A stretch of DNA of 63,701 nucleotides, the filler included, from Phoronis australis (Eukaryota > Animalia > Phoronida): assembly GCA_002633005.1 (NCBI GenBank). It is 8 parts of 8 records of this genome, joined end to end, with 100 filler letters (N's around TTAATTAATTAA, not from the genome) between each part and the next. Parts side by side here need not be neighbours in the genome. Positions count along the whole stretch, not along the records: positions 1 to 2,827 come from NMRA01003399.1; positions 2,928 to 10,625 come from NMRA01000020.1; positions 10,726 to 19,265 come from NMRA01001885.1; 5 more parts are not named here. One strand, written 5' to 3'. The notes beneath the pieces are model-generated. The model saw only the letters and a list, made by a program, of their open reading frames with translations. It was not told the DNA's origin and searched no databases. Positions 1 to 12,604 of the stretch are shown piece by piece (the first letter of the stretch is position 1; every line of letters starts with the position of its first letter). The position numbers were made by a program, and so were the translations under genes.

Positions 1-93
1 GCATCTGGATTTCACTCACACCAATGCTCAAGCCTTGTTTGTAACTCTACCCATTGCTACGAGGTGGCACAAGACTGTCATGGTACCCAGTCG
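1..93 (+). CDS. Possible 3' end of a Cys-rich coding exon (truncated by window edge)
   Basis: Frame 1 is open (ASGFHSHQCSSLVCNSTHCYEVAQDCHGTQS) and ends at a GTAATT donor at 94. No family recognised. Confidence 0.3.
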
Positions 94-1173
94 GTAATTT
101 GTGAGAAAAACATACCAGGTAAGGCATTGACATGCGGCTGCTTTTTGTTGTTTTCGAAAGACGCGCATGTTGGAATTGACCAGGGAAGTATAAACGTTTA
201 CGAAGTGCTTAAATCATGACTTCACGATTTATTACAAAACTGCCTCTGTCTTCTTCATATCGTACATGTATATGAATTGCACCTTTTCAGAGATATAACA
301 ATATTATTTAGCTACAGCACATTTCAATTTGTTCCCACCGTTGCAAAACATCAGTTTGTAACACTTAAGCGACGATTTTACTTTAAAAACTCATTCATTT
401 GCATACAACGAAAACGAAAGGATAATTTATACAGTGTGGCAGCGTTTTGGGATTAACCTGGAACTTTTATTTCAAATGAAATTTAGTAATGTTAATGATG
501 CAGTTAGCCTACTTAGTTGTGAACGCACCATTCTAGTTCACTAAATTTTAATAAACATGTGGTTTAGCTGACTGCGGCAGCCGGGTTACAGGTTCGATCT
601 AATGGTAACTGAAGACGGATGTGGACAAAAAATAATTTTCTCATACATGTACATGTAGATGACATCCCTATTTAAATACTAACAGAACAATTTTCTGAGG
701 AGCCACGGCATCTGCTTTACACTGCCAAAATACTTTTAAGTTTTGATAATCACTCGTTGTCGTCTCTCAGCGTGTACTTTGCTAAATACTTTGTGTTGAT
801 AGACACGGATAGAGACTCAAAGACAATCTTTTCTCACCCTGTATGTTAAGACATTCTCTTGAAATCTGCAGAAGGAAATTTGGACATCTAAATGGACACT
901 TGGTAGGTGACCTTGAACTTAAGACTGCTCTCCAACACACTACAGTGGTTGACATAATGCCTACCGAGGTGACCTGCAAGTCCAACCTCAAACTTCTGTG
1001 TTAAACTCTTATTAATTATTATCACACCTATAATATTACTTCACACCACTGAAAGGTTATAGCGTCTTCTCATTGTCTGTTACAGCTGAGCTGTCCCAGT
1101 TCAGACGTTGGTACTGTATATCCATTGTTTATTCACTGTTTAGAATTATCATGGTCATTCTAGAAAACAAAAA

Positions 1174-1267
1174 TTATTATTGTTGTTGTTGTTGCTGTTG
1201 TTATTGTTGTTACTGCTGTTGTTGTTGCTGTTGTTATTATTGTTACTGCTGTTGTTTTTGTTGTTAT
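1174..1267. repeat. Compound (TGT/TGC/TAT)n microsatellite flanked by a 13-bp direct repeat
   Basis: Triplet array; TAGAAAACAAAAA occurs at 1161-1173 and again at 1268-1280. Confidence 0.9.
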
Positions 1268-2471
1268 TAGAAAACAAAAACTAGGCTAGGAGTCGATTGA
1301 GCCACACAGCCTCAAACCTGTGGGCCAATTTTTAGTACCTATGGGTAACGTTAGTTGATTGTCTGCCCTTTTTCGATTCGATTTATGGTGTTGGCATATA
1401 AGTGAGCGGGATTTCGTCTATTTCCCCATTAAGTTACGCGATTATTGATTGGTCTGAAGGGCGAACCGCATTTCAGTTTAAAACCATAGTTGGAATTTTG
1501 GAAGCTGCTAGCCCCCATGTCACCAAAACTGTTGTTTTGGTCATATGTTCTTGGGTATGCGCATTATTAGTGCACCCGTTGGTCCTAGAACGTCTACGAT
1601 TTTTTGTGCTCCTACAATTACCCATGATATACATGTACGTCTGAATTTCTACTTACACTGTAGTTCGGTGGCTGGCTCACGCAATGAGATTCAAATATGT
1701 GGTCTCGTGCACAGAGATTTAAAGAGACATTCCTCGCGAAAAAAATAGTTATACATCAATTAACAGTAGTGCGGAGTCACTGGCACCCACTAACTGTGCA
1801 GTAGCAGCCAAACGCTTTACCACTAAGCCAAATATCACTCGCTTAAATGGTAGCGACACAAGCCTTGGTTTCAGCGAATGTCTAGCAGACAATGCCAAGA
1901 ATCGTCGATTCGTAATAAAATCACAAAAGCATAACGTCTTTGTTGTTCTATAGCTCTGGCCAAAGTAACAAATCTAAGCAGTATTCGAGTCAGTAGTAAT
2001 TCCAAAAGTGATTTCGATTACAAAAACGGAAATGGTTGTTAAGCTCGCCTGCCACCACCACTAAGCCACGCCCATGTATTATGACGTAAATATTTAGATT
2101 TCACGCCTAAGAACAGCCGGAAGGAATAAAAAAGTCATCTTTCCCCAGATTCCCCAATCTGTCGCAGATTGATGTCGCCTGTTACTGTGTTCATAAACCG
2201 GAGAAAACACCAGAGTACATAAAAACAACAGTGTTGACATAGTCTGAGGTAGCCAACACCGGTGTATCCATAAACTGTACATGTTGGAACACGCGATGTA
2301 CGGCAGTGGACCACCGATTGAATGGCTTCATTGTATGGAAGAATATGTATTATTTACTTGGATTGTGATTCTGGTTGCATTTACGCCTTAAGTCTGCACC
2401 ATGTGTTTCCATTCAGCACCACCTCTTTCGAAAGCCATCTCTTAATGATGTTGCATTTCTTTACTTGATAG

Positions 2472-2653
2472 TTGATGGGCCAAGAAGCCTGGAGGATCTG
2501 TCTGCAAGCGCGTTCAGTGCGGCGAGTACAGGTGCTTGCTTCACGCCCAAATTCAGTGGCACTGCGTGGTGCGCTAAAACCAAAACGAACCCTAACGATT
2601 TTATTCAAGTTGATCTGGGTTTTGACTGGGTGGTTTCAGCCATTGGAACAAAG
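2472..2653 (+). CDS. Internal exon encoding part of an F5/8 type C (discoidin) domain
   Basis: ttgatag acceptor and GTAATG donor. Translation ...SGTAWCAKTKTNPNDFIQVDLGFDWVVSAIGTK fits the discoidin AWC...(W/F)IQVDLG...V.(G/A)I.T pattern. Confidence 0.8.
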
Positions 2654-2827
2654 GTAATGCTCCTTAAAAGATTATTTCTAAGGAGAAATGCGATGTTGCT
2701 GTCGACTTTTTACGAACACTGTGCAAACCATACGCTCGCCCTCTCCCCGGTGGTCATAAAAGTGGCGATATTTTGTAAAACTTGTTATGCTGCAAGTTTA
2801 CCTCAACGTGGTGTTGGTTTGTTCAGG

Positions 2828-2927
2828 NNNNNNNNNNNNNNNNNNNNNNNNNNNNNNNNNNNNNNNNNNNNTTAATTAATTAANNNNNNNNNNNNNNNNN
2901 NNNNNNNNNNNNNNNNNNNNNNNNNNN
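2828..2927. other. Assembly gap with six-frame stop spacer
   Basis: N44-TTAATTAATTAA-N44. Confidence 0.99.
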
Positions 2928-2967
2928 CAGGCTTGGAGGCATTTTTAGTATTCTACATAAGGCCTTG

Positions 2968-3575
2968 TGAATGTGGTTTGAAATGCTGAGAATGAAAAAA
3001 GGAAACTTTCTTGGCTTTAGCTGCACTCTAAATCTTCAAGATGGTGGCCCCATTGTTGCAATTGTGCATTGCTGCGTAGCAACTGAGAAATTGAGATAGC
3101 CCTCATACAAGCTAGATTTATGAAAAAACTAGTTGGTTGACAGTATTTTTGGACCACTTTTTTGGAATTGGTAGGAATTTTTTTTTCAGACTAATGTTGG
3201 CTTAAGTCCAGCATTGGCAGGGAGGTTTTAGGGTGAAAACTGCTGATTTAGCATTTTTTTGAATGTGGTTTGTTTGTATTTGTGAACATGATGAGAATGA
3301 AAAAAGGCCACTTTCTTGACTGTAGCTGCGCTCTTCTTCAAGATGGTGGCTGCTGTTGCAGTTGTACATTGCTGTGTAGCAACTGAGAAATTGGCTGTGA
3401 TTTTATGTAGCCCTCATGCAAGCCAGATTTGTAAAATCTAGTTGGTTGATAGTACTTTTGGACCACATTTTTGGAATCTGTAGGAAATTTGCTTTGGGAA
3501 TCTATTGTTGGCTTAAGTCCAGCATCGGCAGGGAAGTGGTGGTTTTAAGGTGAAAAGTGCCAATTTTGCATTCTT
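2968..3575. repeat. Two diverged tandem copies of a ~305-bp unit
   Basis: TGAGAATGAAAAAAGG...CTTCAAGATGGTGGC...GGCTTAAGTCCAGCAT recurs at 2987 and 3292. Confidence 0.85.
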
Positions 3576-6500
3576 TTGCCCTTATTTCTGTGCTCATCTG
3601 TATGGCTGGTGATGTGAAATGACTCAAAACTTTTCTTTATTTGCATGCAGTTTTTGACAGAGTGAGAAAAGGGTAAAGAGCACATTGACGTGTGTTCCGA
3701 TAGGCAAACCTGTGAGAACTGTTCTGTGCCTTCACCAGAATTTCATTTGCCAATCTCTGCATGTATGGCATGGCACACCATAGACTCAAAGTTGACCTAT
3801 TAAGAGTTATTAACACAATACTGGGAATTACAAAAATGCAACAGATTTTGCTGTTTTATGGCTCTTGTTAAAGCTAATAATTTCAAAAGTTGTATCTTAC
3901 AAAACAACAACAATCCGAACAATGGTTTTTGCAGTCCTTAAAGGCCTATGGTCCGAGTTATAGAAGAAAACACCTCTTAACGCCGTTTAAGCCGGTTTTT
4001 TGATGTGACATGGAGTTCAAAAAGTTATTAACTTTCAACTTGTGCAAAAAGTTTGAAAAAAATCGTTGTAAATACTACAAACGAATGAAATGTTTACAAA
4101 GAATTTAGTATCCCGACCGCTAAACAGATTATAAACATTACAACAATGCATGCGCAGCCACAGATCTAGAGGTCAACAGAATTTATACAAATGGCGGGGA
4201 GAGGTAGATCTGTGAAGTGTACGTCCGAAGGCGAAACACAGTTGTCCTGCTCTACGAGATTCAGAAAAAGACGTGTTAGCCAGTACAAAAAGCGGCATTA
4301 CCAACAAACCTTGTACCTGTAATCGACTCGTTCGATAGGTGAGAAACAATGAGGACAAGACTGAATGTTCGAACTCGTGAAGGTTTTACATTACAACAAA
4401 TGAACAATATTGGGCTTTGGATGGACAAGTATAAGTCAGTAAGTGTGCTGTTTGTGAAATGTTCAATGACTCGTATACACGTTTAGAGCATTCACTGATG
4501 GGTGACTGATCTCAGTCATCATACATCGGACCCGAATCATTTTGAAGAGCCTCAATTCGATTAGCCTTGTACAAAGCTGTATAATATACAGTCATCATAC
4601 AGCTAGCTGGCTGGCTACAATTCGATCAGCTGTTCAGTTTTTGTTCTAATACTACTAGTACTAATAGTAGTACTGATTCACGCTGACCCGGACTAGTTAC
4701 ACCATGTTAGTGTTTTAACATGTAGTTAAAACTGGTAAGGCCCTTTCATTCTAACGTCGACATGGTGATGTTTTGGGGAGTTGCAGTCAGTATGGATGGT
4801 TAACTACGGTCCTGAATCGAAGTTAACTGTGCCAGTTGACTTCACAGTAGACAAGCGGAGCGTCGATGCTGTGGTGTACGGTAGTATGAATGATTAACTT
4901 CGGTTACATCGAAGAAGTTATTGTCAGGGGCCACTGCTATCATCGACAATTACAGGGTAATGTCGTCGCTAAAAGCTGCTCATATTTTGCTCGAGTAGTC
5001 ACTAATCGAATTAGAAATAGGTTTTTGTGTCCATTAGCACATGTCAATGTTCCCAAATTATCACATTAAAAAATCCTGGTGTACAAGTGTTGCATCTGCA
5101 CTACGTTGCTATTACTTCGATGACAACATCATCAGCTACAGTTTACTTAGACATCCAAAGCCGGTAAAAACGGTTCGATTAACTTTCCAGTTTATGTCGA
5201 CACTCTGCTCAGACCGAAATTAAGTACAAAAGGGCTTTTAGATCAATTTCAACTAGCAGAACAATGTGGCAGGTGGTGTAAATAATTGTGGCGGGAGAGG
5301 GGGGGATGTTTGTAGGATGTGTTAGGGACTTCACCTGGCCACGCCAATAGCTTTATTAGAAAGCTCATATCAGTGTTTGTCGTACTGAGTACAGTGGGGG
5401 GGGGGGGGGATAAGTCTTGGTCAAGATGGCTATACTTGAGAATGTCTTATTAGTTTTGCTTTATTTTTTCCAGTTAGGAGAATACTGACCACCTACAGGG
5501 GCCCGTGTAACCGTAAGTTGATCTTTCTTATTCCATTAAGTTTTAAAAGAAAGAATAGGTGTGCTAAACTTCAGTTATTGATGGCCACTTTTCTCTGTAT
5601 TTCCATCTTAGACTGTGCAGGTTAGGAGAAAATGGTTAATTGCAATCTGCATGGTCCAGGTACATTACTTGAACTCACAACCTCAAAAAATTAGCCAGTC
5701 AAATCACGTGATTGGAGTACAAATCTTATGTTTTCTCATGTCATGGAATTGCTAAATTTTCGAGTTGTGTATCGAATACAGAGATTAGGCTATGGGCTTT
5801 AACGTAAGCCGGAATTTTCATCAATTATAAGTCTCTTAAGTCGCTGTCAGTTTAGAATAATGCTGTCTCAGCTACAAATTTTGCCTTCTGGTAATTAAAT
5901 CAAAGTTGTTTTAAGCATAAAGGTGTGACAAATTGACTGAAAGTACATTCTTAAATCTTGTGATTGCTCCTGGTAAAGTGTGTCAAATTGTATTTAAACC
6001 CTCCTTCATCATCTGTACTTTCAGAATGAGTGGTTTAGACAACGCCCTCTACAAACTTCTTTGCAAGAGTCCCAGACTGGTCATCACCTGAAGAAACCTT
6101 GAGGTATTGTTTCATTCATTTCCTTAATATCTCATGGAGTGACATTTCACATTTTATTCAACTCACAACTCACAATCCTAACCAAAGATATCACTGTTTC
6201 GTTTACAGTATTTAAACATGCCTTGTTTAAAGCCTGTTCAATTTCTATTCAGGGATTCACCCAGGATTTCGAAAATAGGGTGTCCAAAATGGGATTCCCA
6301 ATATTTCGGAGTGTCCGTGATTCCGACAACGCATTACCCCTACCACCGTGCAGTGCACCAGCAACCCCCCACACTGATTTTTTTACAAAAATACATAGAT
6401 CAAAGCGTTTACATCTGCGTTTTCAAACTAACCCCCTGTAGCGAGCTTTTTTTACTAAATAAACTGCTTGGACCTAGACTTTTACACCTAAACTTATGAA

Positions 6501-9500
6501 TACAGCCAAGCAGCTTACCAGACAAATATTAGAGATATTTTTTAAGGATGAGTGCACTTCGCACATGATGGCGTCACTGCTGTTCCATATTAAAACATGG
6601 AAATGCACATTGAAATGCACGAAGCAGTGTTTCATTTGAGTTATTTATATTAGGTTTGTGTAAACCGTACTTTAGTGTGAAGTTTTTATTCTAATGTATC
6701 AGTGCTTTGGAGGATGTCCAGTTGAGCAAAGAACATTTGTAATGTAACTAATTTGCATGTGAAAATTTTCAACTCGCTTACAACTGTAGTATAAATGCAA
6801 GCTAACTCCAGCTGCTGGTTGAAATTCTGTGCATCATGTTTGGTGTGGGGAGCAATTATGATTTCTAAAAACCTTATTTTGAAAATTTGCCCTTTTACGA
6901 TTCCATCTGTCGATTCAATGTCACTGTTTCAGCATAACGCGGAGTTGTCGTGAGGACTCGATTGGGACCTCAGGGGTCTCACGCTCCACCGGCTAATTTG
7001 AAAAGGCTTTGTCCAGTCACGCGTTGTGGGTCATAATTCGAGATAATGATACCAACAGCCGGCGCGACAAGCAGAACTACTTTCTTTTACTTCATTTATG
7101 CACTAACTGGAGAAATTTAGAATTAGACTTTTAAACACTATCCGATCGTCAACTTTTTTCGGGAGACTTAAATCTCAATGTAGTTTGCGCAAAGACGATG
7201 TACAATTTTTGGAGGTGCATTGACGATGATCAACGTCAAAACGGAGAGCAAATAAGTGCGTAATTGATCATCCAATCAGTAGTTTTGTGAGAAAGCGATG
7301 ACCTTGCCGAAATTGAATAACGGAAACCCTTGAAAATCATTATAAGCGAGAAAGAGAAAACAAATATTTTCTGACGTTTAGGCTCATTAACTTTGAGTAA
7401 ACGAAACGTCGCAAATATGTTCTGTCTTCTCTTGCGCGTTCATAATCAGATTCCTGTAACTAGTGTTATGGCCAAAAACTGAGTTACGAAACATCTAGAC
7501 TAAAATCTTGATGGTATCTTATTTTGCCAGCGACCATACACGGTATAAAAATGAATGAAAAGCTGAATTAGGCAAAACTTGACTTGCTGGAATTCTCGTC
7601 AAGGAACGCATAAATATCACCATCATCTTCATGTCAAAATTGCCAACTAAAACTCGAGGGGGAGGGCACGAACCTTACATCCTGGTACGCGTTTTCGTTA
7701 ACGAACTTCAAAAAATAGAGCATGGTGGAGTGTTTGAAAGAGCCAAAATCCATCCAAGTCGAAGTGGCCATAACGGAGCGATATCGAGATTTAAAATGAC
7801 GTGATTTATCCATTTTTCAGTTGCTGTGTACCTAATTTAACTGGCACAGAAAAAATTACTTAGGCCTACAGTACGATTTTCTGAAACGTACCTCAGCGAA
7901 ATCGTCAAAGAAAAAAGCGCCACTTGCCACCTAAAATGGACAAAAACAACCAAAGCGCGCAACGCGTCTCTTACCTGAAAAAGTAACTCTTTCACTTGTT
8001 TTTTGTGGTTAAACATATGATGTGTACCCATATTTTTGGTCGTGCACCCCTACAACGGGCTACTACTTCAAATGACACGTATATATTGTCGATGCCAAAA
8101 TTTAACTGCCCCACCGGTTCCCAGGGTTTCATGTTTTGTAATTTAAAATGATTGCATAAACTTAGGAATAAATGCGAGTTACAGGCACTGCGTTCACAAA
8201 GAGTAAGAAAACAAAAACCCAGCGGCATACGATCACCTCGCTTTAACAATGCATTGTGCGCATTCCACATAACTAGTAGGCCACTCTTCAGATTAGTGCT
8301 TGCGCACTGAAAATAAGTGTAAGATTTCGGAATAGTGTAATACGTATTGTACATGAGAATTTCAAACGTTAACATGACTAGTTGTTCATACTATGGGAAA
8401 AGCAATAAGGGACACAGGCACTAGAGATGATAAACTCTTCAGTATAAATATTACACTTCACAGGATGAGCAAAACATGCACTAAGCACTGTTGAGATAAC
8501 CTACCGAAATCTTTTAAACTAACAATTATAAACTCTGCAATATAAACAATACACTTTATACAATGAACATGTAACAAATATACACACCCAAATAGTGTTA
8601 CATGCAATCCCTGATGAGATCACCCATAAGTATGAAACCCTCCATGTAAACAATAACTCACATGGTGAGCAAAATATTTAAAGTGGGACTTAACTACAAC
8701 ATAGGAACCTTCAAAATTTGTGTCATAGCAGTACAAGGTTCTACTACTTGACAAAACACCATAAGTGATATAACTGCTGGGATCACTACCTTCACGAGGA
8801 AAAGTTATCAATATAATAATATGAAACATTGGTTTGAGCAAAGTACCGGTAGGTGCACAATACTGCTATCCCTGGTGGAACCAGTCACTGAAAACCGCAA
8901 TAAATTGCACACCTCACAAGATGACAATAATATGTATACAAGAGTTTGCTTTTCAAGATAACCATGTGGAAATGACAGGGTCATTGTAGAACTTTGTAAA
9001 AAATCTGCATTTCAGCCCAAAAAACAACCATTTTCAAAACCACACCAGGAGTCACTGAATAAAAATACTAAAAAAGACAGTATGTAATTCACTTCATGGG
9101 AAGCAAACAATAACTATCCTAAACTGAAAAGATCAGTCATCCAAGGCTTGAAGAATATTCAAAATAGATACACTGGTTAAGCAATAAACTAGCAACAACA
9201 ATAACGGATACATGTTGCAATAAATACATCCCTAGTTTTATAGGAGTAAAACTAGCATTTCAAGCTCAACAATGCCCATACGACACAAGCAGCTTACACA
9301 TTTCCAAAACCACACAGGCAATACTGGTGTGGTACATGAATGAGGTGCACATACTATGCATTCATACACATGTGAGTAGGACATTCTCACTGACCACAAT
9401 GGTCAACAAAGCTGCATGCAGAATACTACCCTGCTGGCATCTCAAAGCATTTGATGTACATAGAACATTGGAAATGAGTGGAGGGCATACTAATAAATGC

Positions 9501-10625
9501 TCTGGTGGGGCCCTTAAATCCAGTAAGGTCATAAGCTGTTGAGCAGAAAAAACCAGCTTTTCAAACAAATTTCCAAACACAGTACAACACTTTCAAACAT
9601 GATTAAGTGCCAAAAATACCGGAATTGATACCTGGGGCCTGTCATTGATCTTTTTACAGGAATTGGAACTTGAAATTACGTTTGGAATTTTGTACTCTAC
9701 TTTTGTGCGAACTTAAGACAGGTGGCTATTATCCTATGCTCCTAATAGTGTTAGTTTACAGTTGATAAACCCAAGAAGAATCTAGTACAATAAACTGGTA
9801 TGTTATGAAATTCATTCTAGTTACTTCACGAAAAATAAGCAGAGCTTGGAATGAGCAATAACAAAAACAGCGGAGAAATTTCCAGCTGATGTATGATACA
9901 CAAAAAATAGGCTTGGGTGATAGACATTTTTGGATGTAAAATTTACTTGAACTAAACATTTAATAAAGTCGAAAAATCATAAAAAGAGGAAACTGGAAAT
10001 CCAATCAGAGAAAATCGACACCAAAGAAAGAATTCCTCTTAAAAGACGGAAATCCCAAGCCCTGATCAAGTCTGTATTCTCCAGGCTTCAACGTGTACAT
10101 AAATGTAACTGTCAAGCGGTATACCTTCTTGAAATTGTCATGGCGAGCTCTCTGAAATGTAAACAGTCACAGTTTTGGTGGTGTGATTTTAAAACTTCTG
10201 GTGCTGATGACCTTGTGCACGTGCAGTAGTGTATCACAACTTACACTCATGTAGTCAGAAGGTCACATCACTGTTTGGAAGGGCAACACTTTTGAGAGGG
10301 ATTGTTGAGTGTTGCTCAATGCTCAGGACTCAGGAGTTTTAAAATTATGAAGAAATGGATGTTTTGGGAAGCAATTAAAAACCAACGATGAAAACATTCA
10401 TGAAAAGAAACCGAACCCCATAAAACGCTTTAATGAGTGGTTCGAAAAAGAGGAGATAAAAGTACATGTGCACTGTCAAGCAAGAGCTGCATGATAGTAA
10501 GAAAATGTTCAACAAGTGAAATGCAGTTTACTCACTGGTAAATATTAAACTAAGCAATCAGGGTGTAGACTGGACTGGATTATTTTGTAAACAAAAGTCA
10601 AGAGTGAACAATAGGGCCAGGTGTG

Positions 10626-10725
10626 NNNNNNNNNNNNNNNNNNNNNNNNNNNNNNNNNNNNNNNNNNNNTTAATTAATTAANNNNNNNNNNNNNNNNNNN
10701 NNNNNNNNNNNNNNNNNNNNNNNNN
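10626..10725. other. Assembly gap with six-frame stop spacer
   Basis: N44-TTAATTAATTAA-N44. Confidence 0.99.
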
Positions 10726-11326
10726 CTAATTACCTGCCTCCATGTTTTTGCTTTATTTCCCAAACACAGAAGCTCTCGGATACTATGCTTTAGGCGCTGT
10801 TCTCCAATACAAATTTTTTCAAATGCTCCACGTTATGATGAAAGGCCATCGAAAATAGGACTTTTGTGATTTTCAAGAAAAAGTCAAAAAGTTGCAAAAA
10901 ATAAAAACAAAATAGCAAATGAATGTAGAAAACTGTAACAACACTTCTGAGATTTCATCTTGAACACTTGCATCAAATGGAATTAGGTCACGTTATTGAT
11001 GCCATTGTTTTGCTATTAATGCAACTCTCATTTTTCCTGTCACCAAAAAGACATGATCACATATAAACCAAATTATTGACAGATTATTAAAAAGACAAGA
11101 ATCAAAATTCTAGAGTGACTCTAGTCTTTGGCTAAAGCATGTTTTTAAAATATATCATATTTTATCCTCTACAAAATTAACAAAGTTGAATAATATCATT
11201 ATCATTATCATTATTATTACTGCGCAGCTGGAGTGGGACAAAAATCCATCTTGCTTCTTATCAAGCATAAAGGTATTGTGTTCAGTGACGTTTACTCATT
11301 CTACAAATCAAACCCGGGACCGATAC

Positions 11327-11483
11327 CTTCAACATATTCTGTTAAAATGACTTTAACAGGCGGAGCTTTCTCGAGGTTTCTATTGACCACCACTTCATAG
11401 ATCTTGTTCCGCTGTCGAATGCGGGGAAATTTGTGTTCTTTAGTTAAACCCAATTCCTTTGTGCGACGAACTATCACGGTGGT
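11327..11483 (-). CDS. MRPL9: Mitochondrial ribosomal protein bL9m, exon 3 (157 nt); downstream exons not found
   Basis: tttcag acceptor and GTATCG donor. TTVIVRRTKELGLTKEHKFPRIRQRNKIYEVVVNRNLEKAPPVKVILTEYVE resembles the MRPL9 TVIV.R...PR...R...Y..V.......P....ILT..VE segment. Confidence 0.85.
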
Positions 11484-12007
11484 CTGAAAGAGACATTACA
11501 GTTACCTAAAGATGATAATTACTATAAAACAAATAATTCAATCAGTTTGCTGAATTTAAAACAAAAATAGAATGCATTTACGTATTCAGTGCTTGCTTAA
11601 ACTGTCATTAAACCAGTGTTGAAGAAATGACAAAAATGTCAGGCCTTCCTGAACCCAGAGATGACTTTGAAACCGAGTAAGGAACAAGATAAGAACAATT
11701 CTAAAACCTCCTGTGGCCTAAACAAAACTCTTTCTAGACTGAAAGTACAGGTTTTGAATGCTGCTTTAATCACTTCATATTTGGATTGACTATGTCCAGG
11801 AATAGGCATACAGACAAAACACTTAGTGTATGACCTATCAACAATCACCTGTGCTTGCATAACATGGCAAGCTCAACAACTTCAAACTTCAGATAACTGT
11901 ATGAGAGATAAGCAAAAACTCAAATTGTACACAATGCAACCAATCGAACAGTTCAAGAGCTAAGTAATTACAGTGACAGCTAATTTCTATCATTAAGGCT
12001 AACTTAC

Positions 12008-12118
12008 CCGAATTTGCTGCAAGCTGAAAGCTGGAGGTTGAACCAAAAGACATCCTTTTTGAGCGGTGGAACAAAGCAGACCTCTAGCAAGGTTTAATGC
12101 CATCTCAACACATGGAAC
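12008..12118 (-). CDS. MRPL9: MRPL9 exon 2, mitochondrial targeting peptide
   Basis: VPCVEMALNLARGLLCSTAQKGCLLVQPPAFSLQQIR ends at a phase-0 GTAAGT donor and joins TTVIV in frame. Internal ATG at 12103. Confidence 0.8.
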
Positions 12119-12356
12119 CTGATTCACTAAAAGAAAACAGAACCCGAGTCGGTGAAGATTCACTTTTGAGCAGAAAAGAAATAATCAGGGCATATGGCAA
12201 GAGGAGTGCTCCCTGGAAAATGGCCCGTGTTGGAGATAGTCTTCATACAGCTAGCTGGCTGGCTAATCGGTAACCTTGGTGCAAAGCCGTATAGTAAATC
12301 TTTGCGACGATGAGGGTAATGACGGCCAAATAAAATCTCTACATTCTTCCTTGAGC

Positions 12357-12462
12357 AAACTAAATTACTTACCGGTGTTATCAGGGTCCATTTATTGTAT
12401 CCGACTAAAGCCTCTAGTCGGATACACAACAAATGGTAGAGGCGAGCCAAGTAATTTAGTTT
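12357..12462. repeat. ~106-bp imperfect palindrome (mini-MITE-like) in an MRPL9 intron
   Basis: Outer arms AAACTAAATTACTT/AAGTAATTTAGTTT; inner arms GTATCCGACTA/TAGTCGGATAC. Confidence 0.75.
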
Positions 12463-12604
12463 ACTTAAAACAGAATGTAGATTTTAATGACACTAATTTC
12501 GTGTCAGATTTTATTTGCCCAATCTTTTTCCAACATCGGCACAAATCTGTATATTAGCCTATATTATTTAGTATACAACTTTATACCAAGGTTAGGTGGC
12601 TGGC

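Noticed and set aside
1073-1270. Poly-Cys/Tyr ORF (metallothionein- or keratin-associated-like)
   Set aside because: Translation of a TGY/TAT microsatellite.
555-2075. tRNA-like A/B-box fragments (~560-600 on +; ~1800-1830 and ~2056-2070 on -)
   Set aside because: No cloverleaf can be built; at best decayed SINE heads.
2828-2927. TTAATTAATTAA inside every N-run
   Set aside because: Identical in all seven gaps; an artificial six-frame stop spacer, not biology.
5474-6103. Candidate small exons 5474-5512 and 6025-6103
   Set aside because: Splice sites are plausible, but no recognisable protein and phases do not join the discoidin exon cleanly.
10125-10151. Possible 27-nt minus-strand MRPL9 micro-exon (RARHDNFKK)
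   Set aside because: AG/GT borders are present but there is no convincing similarity, and it lies across a gap.
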